From: Candidatus Hermodarchaeota archaeon
Lineage (GTDB): Archaea; Asgardarchaeota; Lokiarchaeia; Sigyniarchaeales; SOKP01
DNA: 64,000 nucleotides
Assembly (NCBI GenBank): GCA_048885925.1
Contig: JBHLLG010000005.1
Location: forward strand, 1-64,000
Direction of reading: 5' to 3'
Shown here: positions 11,355-21,497 of the stretch, one piece after another
Numbering within the stretch: position 1 is the first letter of the stretch
How the letters are laid out: the number at the start of each line of letters is the position of its first letter
Program-made: the position numbers and the translations under genes
Notes under the pieces: generated by a model
Told to the model about the DNA's origin: nothing
Databases searched by the model: none
What the model saw: only the letters and a program-made list of their open reading frames with translations

Positions 11355-12950
11355 ATGATCTCTGAAAAAAGTTTAAAATTAGACCCAAAACGAAAAATTA
11401 CATCACCAAAGAGATTTATAATTATATCTGATACTCACATTAGTCGATCAAGGGGTCCTTTTAATCTTCATGCATTTAATTTAGGCATTGGACAAATAAA
11501 TAAGATAAAAAATGTTGATCTTTATTTACATCTTGGAGATATTACACACTCTGGCACTCTTTTAGAATATGAATATGCTATGGAGCAATTCAAAAAATTC
11601 AAGCCAATTTCTAAATGTCCGTTGATGATCTTAATTGGAAATCATGATGCAATGAATGTTGGATACTTACTTTTTGAAGAAATGATTGGGAAAAGGCATT
11701 ATGAATATGAAGACGACGATATATATGTAATTGGAATAGATAGTACTAAACCAGATTTACCCGGAGGGATAATACATCATAATGTAATTGAAGCTGTTCG
11801 TAAAAGATTAGAGAAATCAGAAAGAGAAAATAAACTTAAAGTAGTATGTTTTCACCATCAGCTCATTCCAATTCCTAATACTGGAAAAGAGAGATCTGCA
11901 ATTGATGATTCAGGAGATATGTTAAAAATGCTTTTAGACTTAAAAGCAGATTTAGTTTTAAATGGACATAGACATATTTCAAATTTATATACTGTAAGTA
12001 GCAGTGAAAAAGATTTATTGATTTTTAATGCAGGGACATTTTGTTGTAATAAAACGAGATATAGAGATTTATTCACATATTCTATTATTGATATTGAAGA
12101 AAGTAAACTCACTTTCAAGATAATACCAATATTAGATACAAACTCTAAACGTGAAATACATCGTGAAATTAATTATTATCTTCCATTAGAAATTGAAAAA
12201 AATCAGAAACCAATATGTAAATTTATCCAATTATCTCATTCGTTAATAAATGAAAAATCAGAAAATAAAATAACTAATCTTGACAGAGCTATTGAAAAAA
12301 TAAATGAAATTAAAGATGTCGATTTAGTTGTACATGTTGGAAATGTGACGAAAAACAGTTATAAAGAAGAATTCAAGATAGCAAAAGATAAAATGAATAA
12401 TTTGAATTATCCAAATTTAATGGTTCCAGGGTACACAGACTCGAAGCCTCCCGCCTGGGAATATTGGAAACAATATTTCGGTGATTTAAATCCCCTATAT
12501 GAAAATGAGAAACTATATTTTCAGGGATTAAATTCTACAACCAGAGATTCTACAGAAGGATTTATTGGGCGTAAAAAAATGAATAACTTCATAGAAAAGG
12601 TTTTATCACTTAGTCATCAAAAAATATTTGGAGTATGTTGTTTCCATAGCCTAATACCTACTCCTTTAAGTGTTTGGAGGACGGAACTAATTGACTCCGG
12701 AGATGTACTTTCTCAATTTGCTCATTCTCAAATTGATCTCTGTTTAAATAGTTCTCCAAGTGTTGCATTCAATGTGAAAATTGATCATACAGTATTTTCA
12801 AATGGTGGAAATATTAACCCTGAACGATTTGATGAAAGTTTTATTGAAGTAGATATTTATAAAAAGGGCAATGTTGTATTGAAAGAACATAATTTGAAGA
12901 CGGGACAAGTCAATATAGTTGGTAATTATAATATTACTATTTTTATTTAA
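11355..12950 (+). CDS. Calcineurin-like metallophosphoesterase (CpdA/Icc-like), tandem domains
   Basis: Domain 1 has SDTH, GDIT, GNHD, HH and GHRH. Domain 2 has degenerate equivalents. Confidence 0.85.
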   Translation: MISEKSLKLDPKRKITSPKRFIIISDTHISRSRGPFNLHAFNLGIGQINKIKNVDLYLHLGDITHSGTLLEYEYAMEQFKKFKPISKCPLMILIGNHDAMNVGYLLFEEMIGKRHYEYEDDDIYVIGIDSTKPDLPGGIIHHNVIEAVRKRLEKSERENKLKVVCFHHQLIPIPNTGKERSAIDDSGDMLKMLLDLKADLVLNGHRHISNLYTVSSSEKDLLIFNAGTFCCNKTRYRDLFTYSIIDIEESKLTFKIIPILDTNSKREIHREINYYLPLEIEKNQKPICKFIQLSHSLINEKSENKITNLDRAIEKINEIKDVDLVVHVGNVTKNSYKEEFKIAKDKMNNLNYPNLMVPGYTDSKPPAWEYWKQYFGDLNPLYENEKLYFQGLNSTTRDSTEGFIGRKKMNNFIEKVLSLSHQKIFGVCCFHSLIPTPLSVWRTELIDSGDVLSQFAHSQIDLCLNSSPSVAFNVKIDHTVFSNGGNINPERFDESFIEVDIYKKGNVVLKEHNLKTGQVNIVGNYNITIFI

Positions 12951-13107
12951 TTCACAACTATAGAACTCCTATGAATTCATCTAAAAAACTAGCTAATCTA
13001 TTTTTAATAAAAAATAAACTTAATAATAATATTTTTTTATTTATTCTTAAAATTAGGCTATGTTTTAGAATTATATTTAAGAGTTCTAAGGTTCTGATGA
13101 TCTTTTT

Positions 13108-13392
13108 ATGGCTAAAGTAAAATTAAATTTGTTAAATATTTTCCAGCTCAGAATTAATAAAAAAGTTATAGAATATGAAGGTAAAACTGTGGGAGATATT
13201 CTATCAAAATTTATAAATGAAAACAGAGACAAACTCGATGCGGAGTTAATTAATACACAAAAGAAAAATCAATTTAGTGAATACGTAATTATTTTATTAA
13301 ATGGGCGGAATATTAAATATTTAAAAAACTACAAAACAAGTTTAAATGATGGGGATGAGCTTTATTTATCTTATGCTTTAGCAGGAGGCTAA
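13108..13392 (+). CDS. MoaD/ThiS/SAMP-Urm1 family ubiquitin-like beta-grasp protein
   Basis: 94 aa; ILLNGRNI...LNDGDEL; C-terminal di-glycine LAGG. Confidence 0.88.
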   Translation: MAKVKLNLLNIFQLRINKKVIEYEGKTVGDILSKFINENRDKLDAELINTQKKNQFSEYVIILLNGRNIKYLKNYKTSLNDGDELYLSYALAGG

Positions 13393-13532
13393 AAGGATTG
13401 CTTTATTAATAGTTAAGCTTAAATATTAATTTTATCTTATTCTTTTTACTAAAAGCGATTATTTATTAATAGTTCTTAATATTGAATAATTTAGAAGAAT
13501 TTTTCTTGAAAAGTTAGATTTGGTGATTTGGT

Positions 13533-14468
13533 ATAACAAAGAAGTTATCCTTTTGCGGCCTTGATAATGCTGGTAAGACCAGTATCTTAACGGCGATAAC
13601 AAAGCGTTTTGGTTTTGAAGAGGAAATAGCTAGATTAACACCAACAAGAAGAATTGCTCGTGATTCGTTCAAATTTCTTGGTATTGAATTTAGCAGGCTT
13701 GATTTTGGAGGTCAACGCATTTATCGGGAGGAATATCTTAAACATCCAGAGAAGTACTTAGGAGGTACTGATTTAATGTTTTATGTCATAGATGCTCAAG
13801 ATTATAATCGCTATATCGAATCAATAGATTATTTAGAGGACATTTTACTCTTTTTCAAAGAAGAACAAGCATATATCCCTATTTGTATCCTTTTTCATAA
13901 ATTCGATCCCCAACTTATTGAAGACAAGGAGATTAATAAAAGAATTCTTACATTAAAACAAGCATTGACAAGGTATTCTAACGATTTTGACATTTTTTTC
14001 TTTGAAACAACCATTTTTGATATAAAGTCAATTATGGATGCATTTTCAAGTGGTTTATCTATGCTATTTGAAAAAATGGAAATGGTATCGCAATTATTTT
14101 CAGAAATAAGTAAAAATTACAATGCTATTTTAATTGCATTATTTGATTTTAAAGGAATCACCCTTGGAGAGTATTATAGACCGCATCTCCAGTTGACAGA
14201 AAAACTTAAGATTTATGAAATTTATTTGGAACTACAAAAACGTGTTGTTGCAGAGAGTAGAAATCTTTTAGAATTTTCTGATAAATTTGAAAGTGGAGAA
14301 AGATTTTCAGGGATAATTGAAGTTCTTAATTTTGGGAACCTGGATTTTTATTTGTTATTCATTGTTGAGGAAGATGAAAAAGATTTAGCAATTACAATTT
14401 CCCTTTTAGATAAAATTGAAGCAGCAAAACCCCAAATGGAAAATTTGATTATGCAAATAATCCAATGA
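13533..14468 (+). CDS. Small GTPase (Arf/Rag-like) with C-terminal roadblock/longin-like domain; probable ATA start
   Basis: The frame of ORF 13776 extends upstream through GLDNAGKT (G1), PT (G2) and DFGGQ (G3) to an in-frame TGA at 13524-13526; HKFD is G4. No in-frame ATG/GTG/TTG precedes G1; ATA 13533 follows GGTGA. Confidence 0.85.
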   Translation: MTKKLSFCGLDNAGKTSILTAITKRFGFEEEIARLTPTRRIARDSFKFLGIEFSRLDFGGQRIYREEYLKHPEKYLGGTDLMFYVIDAQDYNRYIESIDYLEDILLFFKEEQAYIPICILFHKFDPQLIEDKEINKRILTLKQALTRYSNDFDIFFFETTIFDIKSIMDAFSSGLSMLFEKMEMVSQLFSEISKNYNAILIALFDFKGITLGEYYRPHLQLTEKLKIYEIYLELQKRVVAESRNLLEFSDKFESGERFSGIIEVLNFGNLDFYLLFIVEEDEKDLAITISLLDKIEAAKPQMENLIMQIIQ

Positions 14469-14480
14469 GATTATAAAGAG

Positions 14481-14585
14481 CGCTGATGGAGGGATTCGAA
14501 CCCCCGAGCGCTTACGCGCACCGGCTTTCTTGACCATTATTTTTATTACTCGAGGCCGGCGTCTTACCAACTAGGCTACATCAGC
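14481..14585 (-). tRNA. tRNA-Ser(CGA) with 22-nt intron at canonical 37/38 (intron 14527-14548)
   Basis: Acceptor GCTGATG/CATCAGC, discriminator G, anticodon stem CCGGC/GCCGG, anticodon CGA (14550-14552), long variable arm GCGC-GTAA-GCGC, T-loop GGTTCGAATCC. CCA not encoded. Confidence 0.93.
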
Positions 14586-14714
14586 ATTTTTTTCAATAAC
14601 TTTCTAAATAATTTTTAAGCCCGATAAATATAAATTTATTTCTTTTCTTAAATCCAAAAAAAGTTAATTGAATCTTCTATGAAGATAATATTGCGAAGGG
14701 GAAATTGGTAATTT

Positions 14715-15014
14715 TTAAGACGAAGGGACGTAAATTTTTAACTTTAAAGATGGATCAAGTAATTTAATTATTCCTTCCTCTTCATATTGTTTTAAAAGTA
14801 ATTTTGCCGTTGAAACTCTGATGTCATATTTTAAAGCGAGATCTGTTGCCAAAATTGATTTCTTTTTTAAGATTGATTCTTTTAATTCCTTTTCAATATT
14901 ACTGGGAATAAAAGCATCCCTCTCAACAACATTTATTTGTTTGGTTCTTCCATATTTTCTTCTAAGATTTAGTGTAGCTTTCCTTATAATTTGCTTATCT
15001 TCTTTTTCAGCCAT
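14715..15014 (-). CDS. rps25e: Small-subunit ribosomal protein eS25
   Basis: 99 aa basic winged helix; ILATDLALKYDIRVSTAKLLLKQYEEEGIIK...KIY. Confidence 0.85.
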   Translation of the reverse strand: MAEKEDKQIIRKATLNLRRKYGRTKQINVVERDAFIPSNIEKELKESILKKKSILATDLALKYDIRVSTAKLLLKQYEEEGIIKLLDPSLKLKIYVPSS

Positions 15015-15163
15015 CTAAAATCATAATCAATGAATTATAATATAAAAAATAAAAATAAACTGATATTATTAATATTTAAAATTTAATAAAATTTTTGATT
15101 TATTATTGAAAATATAACATTTCTTTTCTGAATAGATTATCTGCTGAGGATTTTAGATTATAA

Positions 15164-15802
15164 TTGAATTTGAACGATAATTATCATTTTAATGTTAAAA
15201 GAAAAAGACCAGAAGAAATATATAATAAAGTTTCAGATTATTTTCGAGGGGAAATCCTAAATCAGTATGCTCGCTCTAAAAGTATAATGAAAATCCAAGA
15301 AAAAATTACTATCAGAGCTTTGGAACTATTAAACCTTAGAAAAAAAAATGCTTTAATCTTAGATGCAGGTAGCGGCCCCGGATTTACTGCAATGTATTTA
15401 AATGAATTAGGATACAAAACTATTGCTCTTGATATAATATCTGAATTCTTGAGCTTTTACAATATAAAAGACTTAAATCCAATTGCCGCAGATATGTGTT
15501 TTCTCCCTTTTAAGCCAAATACTTTTGATGCAATTATCTCTATTTCTGCTTTACAATGGATATATAGAGATTTAAATTACGATTACATGCATTCTGTAAT
15601 GAAAGAATTATCTAAATCTTTTTTTCACATTTTAAAGCCAAACTCCAATGTTATAATCCAATTTTATCCTAAAAATAAAGAAATTATGGATAAAATTGCC
15701 AAAACAATTGTAGATAATACAAATTTTAATGGTAATTACGTAATAGATAACCCAAATAGTAAAAGAAAAAGAAAGATTTATCTTTTATTAAGCAAGGAAT
15801 AA
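15164..15802 (+). CDS. bud23: Bud23/WBSCR22-like SSU rRNA guanine-N7 methyltransferase
   Basis: RPEE, IQEKITIRALELLNL, LDAGSGPG, PFKPNTFDAIISISALQW, QFYPKN and NSKRKRKIYLLL all match recalled yeast Bud23 motifs in order. Confidence 0.8.
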   Translation: MNLNDNYHFNVKRKRPEEIYNKVSDYFRGEILNQYARSKSIMKIQEKITIRALELLNLRKKNALILDAGSGPGFTAMYLNELGYKTIALDIISEFLSFYNIKDLNPIAADMCFLPFKPNTFDAIISISALQWIYRDLNYDYMHSVMKELSKSFFHILKPNSNVIIQFYPKNKEIMDKIAKTIVDNTNFNGNYVIDNPNSKRKRKIYLLLSKE

Positions 15803-15951
15803 TATTTTTAACTTTTTAATAGATTGATTTTTATCAATCCACTAACAGATTTTCATGAAGAATTTATCATTATGCATAATAATTTATATATCTTTTCTTA
15901 TAATATTTTTAACAATTTATTCTAAAAATTTTATAAAAATTTGATGAGATT

Positions 15952-18900
15952 ATGAAATTACAAAAAATACATAATAATCGACGCAAAAAAGCGATTTTAT
16001 TACTTGCATTTCTATTTATTACTCTTTTACCGGCGCTTTTGTTAAATGTTACTAATTTGGAAGATAAGATGACCTATGGAAAAGAGGATGATAATGCAAT
16101 TAATGAAATTGACCTAGAATTAAGTGCATTAGGTATACATCCTTGGTGGGATTCTGATTGGCCTTATAGAACTTTAGTAAATATTACAAATCTAGCCGGT
16201 GTTAGTTTAAAAAACTACGGAGTTAAGGTAGTATTGCCTTATGATAGTGGTGAATATCAAAATAAAGTAAATAATACATTAAAGGACATAAGAGTTATTG
16301 AGTATATAGGTAATGACCCTGTTGAAAGAGAATTTTATATTTTTCAGAATTTTGATGGAGATTTAGGCGATTATTCAGCAGGAAAAGCAACGATTTACTT
16401 CAATACAAATCTAACTGCTTCTAGCTCTCCTCAAACTGATACCTACATATATTTTGGAAATATGGAAGTTGAAAGTACTGCAGTAGATTATGGCCTTGGA
16501 TTAGTAAAAAATGGAGATTTTGAATTTGTTCCATCAGGAGATAACCCCACAGGAAATCCATCAATTGCGCCTCATTATTATAATCCCGTAGGATGGAATT
16601 GGTCTGATGACACTCCTGATGATATTGCTCCAAGACTTCCAGATGTGGGAGAAGATTCGCAGACAAATGATACAGCCACTGAATGGTGGCAAAATTGTTT
16701 AATTACTACAACAGGAGGAGATACACAAGTGCGAGGAACATATACTTATAAATGGGGTTCCAACCAAACTTCGATAACCGATACTACGGGTCTTGATGTC
16801 CAATATGCTGGAGTATTATACACAAATCCATTTGTTGTACCCATTGTTAATGATGGTAGTGGAAAAATTTATTTGAGACTATGGCAAAACGTTAGAATCT
16901 GGGGTTTTGATGGTAGTGCTACAAAAGATTGGAATGATGGATATTTTGTTCGAATAATTAATGCTTCAAATAGCATACCTGACGATCCTGATAATCATCA
17001 ACAATTAGGTCAATATTTAGAGTACTTTAAAGGAATCACCCATAATAATAAAGGAGGTTATTCATTACAAAATTATACACTTGGCGTTGTAACAGGAACT
17101 TTTGATACAGATTTAGGTGAGCTAACAGGTTTCGTATCGTTTGATCTAAGTGCCTATATGGGTCAAAATATTTCATTAGAATTTGGTATGTATGGGGATG
17201 AAGGCTCACAAAATTACGATACTGGATTTGTCCAAGTAGATGATGTTGAATTTACTTATGATGGTGATATAACAGTTGTATTAAATGAAGTTCAAATCCA
17301 GAAATCTGATGTCGCTGTTATTGCTCGAGATGTTGATGGTATGATTGTTCCTAATGCGAAAGTTTCATTAGTTCAAGATCAAACAGTAATAAAACAACAA
17401 ACAACTGATGTAACAGGTACAACGATCTTTACGGGGTTAAACTTTGGGATATATAATTTTACTGTAAATTATGTCTTCTCAGCAACTTATGAAGATGTAG
17501 TATTTAATAGTACAAGTGAAAATTTTGGTACAACAAAATGGAATTTGTATAATGTCTCCGAATTGGATCATACTTTTAATTTAAATTTAGATATATGGAC
17601 GATAGATTTTGAAATCGTAGATTGGGATGATGAACGTTTAAACGACGGATATGTTAAAGTCTATGATAATAAGAGTGGTACTCTATTAAAACAGATAACA
17701 CTAGTTGATGGAACAGCAAGATTTCGATGGAATAATGCATCTTATTACTATTATGAAGTTTATTTCTACAATACTAGATATAGTGTAAATAATCTTCTTT
17801 TGAATTCTAGTTATATTTACCGATCTAACTATGAACAAAATGAAAAATATTATGATCATGAATTGGATTTACTTACTTATGGTCAAAAAGTTGGGAACTA
17901 TTATAGAGTCTATGAGCGCATCTACACAGCGGGATCCATGACAGACTTTAGTAATAAAAAGTTAGTAAATTTTAATATTACATTGGAAAATCTCCAAGAA
18001 CAAATTGATAATTTAACAATCTATTACATTGATGGAAATAACCAGACAGCTGGAAACATTATTTATCAAGATCTTACTATGTCGGGTACTGATTTCACTG
18101 GTTCAATAGATATTGGAACTGTAGATAATGATAAGTTAAAAAGTGAAAACTATCAAGGATATGGAATATTAATCGATATTGGAGGATATAACACTGGTGG
18201 TCTTACAGGTTCAATCAAAGTTAACACTACAGAATTAGTTAATGTTTATAACAAAACAGCTTTATCCAAGATAAACATAAGAGTAATTGATGATTCTTAT
18301 CCCTATGATCCCATTCCTTTCGTCAGCGTTAAAATATGGAATGGTACAGCTAATATACCAAGTAATTTAATTACTACATTAACTACTTATGATGATGGAT
18401 GGGCATCTCATTATGAAACAACTTATAAACCATTCATTTTTCTAATTGGTTATAGTTATAACATAACTCTTAAAAGAATAGGTGCTGACGTTCAATTTAA
18501 TATAAATAGCACATCTCCAAAGCAATATGAACCTCCTGGACCTCTTGACTGGTATAATTATTCTTTAAGTCAAAATTCTTCAATAATTCTTGAATTTGTA
18601 GGAACACCATCACTTCCTGAGTACGAAACTCAAATAGAATTATTGGCTGATATCTCTCAAGCAGTATGGAATAGTAGTAATTTACATATAACAATAAATG
18701 TTTCTTTTACAACTAATGGAATTGATTGGTATCAAGTACCTGATGAGGGAACTTTTACATGTCGTATAGAAGATTGGTTAACTGGTGAAACAGTTTTAAC
18801 GGTAGATCTGACCCCAAATTATCAAGGAATTAATCTACAAAATTATTCCATGACAATTAATTCGAATCAATTATCTGCGGGAAATAGTTTTAAAAAGTAT

Positions 18901-20307
18901 TGGTTTATTGTTGAAGGAGAAATAGCAGGATATGAACCCCCAGAACCTTATTATCAGCAAGTTCAAGTTGATGCTGCCCCTACAAGTATGAATTTGTATG
19001 ATTATGACACACGTTTGATAGTATCTGCATTTGATAAAGAATTCGCTGAACTTGTTAATGTAACTGTAAGATATTTAATCGCTCCAGATAGTCCATTAGA
19101 AGATGCAATAATAACGTTTAAATGGTTGAATCGTCCCACACGTTATTTTGTTGTGGATCCTATAGATAATGAATTCTATTATTGTGAGATTGACACTTCA
19201 GTAGCCTTAAATGTAGGAAAATACCCTATTACTATTACTGCATCGAGAGAGAATTACACATCCCAAACAACAGTAAGTTTTCTTGAAGTTCTTGAAAGAC
19301 CTACTGCTGTTAATGGTAAAACTGATTTAGCCTATTCTTCGGAAGAAGTTTTGGTCCAGGATGCTGTAAACTTTACATATGTATATACTGATATATTAAA
19401 AAATGGCGAATTGATTGGAGATCTAGATGTTGCAGTTTATACATGGCAAAAACTATATCCAAATGGATCGATAATAGAAGGAATAGACGGTTCTGGAGAG
19501 TTGATACAAAATGCTAACAAGAGTTATACATTAGATTTTAACACGGAACTAAAAAGTGTCGGTTCTTATTATCTATATATTACTCTTCAAAAGAATAATT
19601 ATGAAGCACGAGCAGCTCTTTTTAATTTAGATATTATATTAAGACGTTTTGATCCTTCAATTGATAAACCTCAATTAGGAAGTAATAATGATATCCAAAT
19701 AAAGCAAGGTACAGATGTTGAATTTGAAATCAATATATGGGACCCAAATAGAGATTTAGCATTAGAAAATGCAACAATCACATTGAATTTTAGAGGAATT
19801 AATTATACATTTGGTTCTTCTGGCAGTACACCAGGTCTTTATACATATACATTATTGACACGTGATATTGATACTTTTATAAATTCAAAAACATATGTTG
19901 GTAAAATTTACATGCAAGCTGCTAATTTTACTACACAAGAAATCACTATCTATATTACTGTGAAGATGGAAGAAATTTTTCCAGGAATGCCAACATTCTA
20001 TTTCATCTTAATTACCGCTGCGATTATTGGTGTTGTTGGGAGTGCCGTAGCATATAGAATTATTCAACAGTCAAGAATTCCAAATCATGTTAAGAAGATT
20101 AGGAAAATAAAAGGTTCAATAAAATCCAAGAAGCGAATAGAGGAGCTGATATCTATTCCAACAAAAGAACAAATGATGGTAAAATTATTCGGAGATGAAT
20201 GGAAAGAAATTGGATTATCCCTCGATGATACTTTAGGCATAAAGGAATTGAAATCTAAAAAATTACCAATAGAAAAAAATAAATTCAAAGGAGGAGGTGA
20301 AGATTAA
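15952..20307 (+). CDS. Large single-pass cell-surface protein (N-terminal signal, DUF2341-like start, beta-rich/Ig-like repeats, TM, about 75-aa cytoplasmic tail)
   Basis: Signal KKAILLLAFLFITLLPALLL; WWDSDWPYR; many NxS/T sequons; TM FYFILITAAIIGVVGSAVAY; basic tail. Confidence 0.8.
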   Translation: MKLQKIHNNRRKKAILLLAFLFITLLPALLLNVTNLEDKMTYGKEDDNAINEIDLELSALGIHPWWDSDWPYRTLVNITNLAGVSLKNYGVKVVLPYDSGEYQNKVNNTLKDIRVIEYIGNDPVEREFYIFQNFDGDLGDYSAGKATIYFNTNLTASSSPQTDTYIYFGNMEVESTAVDYGLGLVKNGDFEFVPSGDNPTGNPSIAPHYYNPVGWNWSDDTPDDIAPRLPDVGEDSQTNDTATEWWQNCLITTTGGDTQVRGTYTYKWGSNQTSITDTTGLDVQYAGVLYTNPFVVPIVNDGSGKIYLRLWQNVRIWGFDGSATKDWNDGYFVRIINASNSIPDDPDNHQQLGQYLEYFKGITHNNKGGYSLQNYTLGVVTGTFDTDLGELTGFVSFDLSAYMGQNISLEFGMYGDEGSQNYDTGFVQVDDVEFTYDGDITVVLNEVQIQKSDVAVIARDVDGMIVPNAKVSLVQDQTVIKQQTTDVTGTTIFTGLNFGIYNFTVNYVFSATYEDVVFNSTSENFGTTKWNLYNVSELDHTFNLNLDIWTIDFEIVDWDDERLNDGYVKVYDNKSGTLLKQITLVDGTARFRWNNASYYYYEVYFYNTRYSVNNLLLNSSYIYRSNYEQNEKYYDHELDLLTYGQKVGNYYRVYERIYTAGSMTDFSNKKLVNFNITLENLQEQIDNLTIYYIDGNNQTAGNIIYQDLTMSGTDFTGSIDIGTVDNDKLKSENYQGYGILIDIGGYNTGGLTGSIKVNTTELVNVYNKTALSKINIRVIDDSYPYDPIPFVSVKIWNGTANIPSNLITTLTTYDDGWASHYETTYKPFIFLIGYSYNITLKRIGADVQFNINSTSPKQYEPPGPLDWYNYSLSQNSSIILEFVGTPSLPEYETQIELLADISQAVWNSSNLHITINVSFTTNGIDWYQVPDEGTFTCRIEDWLTGETVLTVDLTPNYQGINLQNYSMTINSNQLSAGNSFKKYWFIVEGEIAGYEPPEPYYQQVQVDAAPTSMNLYDYDTRLIVSAFDKEFAELVNVTVRYLIAPDSPLEDAIITFKWLNRPTRYFVVDPIDNEFYYCEIDTSVALNVGKYPITITASRENYTSQTTVSFLEVLERPTAVNGKTDLAYSSEEVLVQDAVNFTYVYTDILKNGELIGDLDVAVYTWQKLYPNGSIIEGIDGSGELIQNANKSYTLDFNTELKSVGSYYLYITLQKNNYEARAALFNLDIILRRFDPSIDKPQLGSNNDIQIKQGTDVEFEINIWDPNRDLALENATITLNFRGINYTFGSSGSTPGLYTYTLLTRDIDTFINSKTYVGKIYMQAANFTTQEITIYITVKMEEIFPGMPTFYFILITAAIIGVVGSAVAYRIIQQSRIPNHVKKIRKIKGSIKSKKRIEELISIPTKEQMMVKLFGDEWKEIGLSLDDTLGIKELKSKKLPIEKNKFKGGGED

Positions 20308-20309
20308 AA

Positions 20310-21425
20310 ATGCCAATAGGATTAGTAATTATGAGATGGGATATTAAAGTGAGTACTGAAATCCTCGCAAAATATCCGGAAGAACTTATTATCAGTGATG
20401 AAACATTGATGCAAGTATATGCAACTCATGAATATACGGGAGAACCAGGAATGATTAGTTTATTGGTAGGACCACTAAATATCGCTTCATATTATACAGG
20501 ACGAGAGAAGCCCCTTTATATCATTTTGCTTCTTAATTTGGATGAAGATGCTGATGCATATGAAGGAGGATTATCTGATATTTCACGAGTGATTTTCCAA
20601 AATTTCGAGGACAATGCCTATCTAGATATGATTCCATTTCTTTTTCAACGACTATCAACTTATCCAACTCTAAATGAAGAACAAAGTTTAGCTATTACTT
20701 ACTTAGATGGCGTAAATCGATTAATAATAAATAGACTTAGGGAAGAAGGAGTTATTACAAAATCTGAGTTAAAAATTTGGTTAAAAGATCGATATAGAGA
20801 AGGATTTTTTGATGTGGATGCAATCTTAATGGAATTAATTAAAAAAGAAGTAATTAAAGAAACTTCAGTAAAAGGAATGCCTTCTGAATTAATCTTTCTT
20901 ATAAATGATCTTTTTATGATTAGGAGACCACCAATAAAATTGCTTAAGAATCCTGTGGAACGGGGCCTTCCCGAGAGATTTGTTAGTGAATATAATATTG
21001 CAGTAAAAAACTTTTTCCAGAAATATAAACCTTCAGATAACGATAATCTTAAAGTATTAGATGGAGTTATTGCTGATCCCCAAGTTTATGAAATCTTGAA
21101 ATTACTCAGGATATCAATTGTTACTAAAAATGTCTTAGAGAAACTTAGAAAAAAGGGAGTAGATGATATTGATGGCGGATTAAAGAAATTGTGGGACTGC
21201 CAAATGATTCATGTGTTTCAAGATGAGAAAGGAAACGAGTATTATGCCTTAATAACTGATTTTCACAATTCTTTGATTTATCCTAAATATATGGTAAATA
21301 CGATCATAAACCAATATAGGGTTAAGTCAAAATCAGATGGAGTTTTAATTGAATATCTCAATGTTCTTGATGATAATTATCGACATACAAAACTTGTAAC
21401 TGAAGTTGAAGAACAAGAAGAATAA
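20310..21425 (+). CDS. Longin/uDENN-like plus tandem winged-helix protein (NPRL2/3-like architecture), copy 1
   Basis: N-terminus GLVIMRWD...EILAKYP resembles the uDENN/longin start; two WH-like segments follow. Starts 2 nt after the surface-protein stop. Confidence 0.55.
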   Translation: MPIGLVIMRWDIKVSTEILAKYPEELIISDETLMQVYATHEYTGEPGMISLLVGPLNIASYYTGREKPLYIILLLNLDEDADAYEGGLSDISRVIFQNFEDNAYLDMIPFLFQRLSTYPTLNEEQSLAITYLDGVNRLIINRLREEGVITKSELKIWLKDRYREGFFDVDAILMELIKKEVIKETSVKGMPSELIFLINDLFMIRRPPIKLLKNPVERGLPERFVSEYNIAVKNFFQKYKPSDNDNLKVLDGVIADPQVYEILKLLRISIVTKNVLEKLRKKGVDDIDGGLKKLWDCQMIHVFQDEKGNEYYALITDFHNSLIYPKYMVNTIINQYRVKSKSDGVLIEYLNVLDDNYRHTKLVTEVEEQEE

Positions 21426-21497
21426 AATTAGAATTTTTTAATTTTTTTAATTTTTTCTATTTTTTTGTAAAATAATTAAAATTAATTGAAAAAATAC

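Noticed and set aside
13108-13392. Eukaryotic-type ubiquitin
   Set aside because: The sequence pattern (LNG...LxDGDEL...GG) is MoaD/Urm1/SAMP-like, and no E1, E2 or E3 genes are adjacent.
14466-14468. Sec readthrough at other TGA-ending genes (GTPases, 29870, korB, korC)
   Set aside because: These proteins look complete, the stops are not at Cys positions, and I saw no SECIS nearby.
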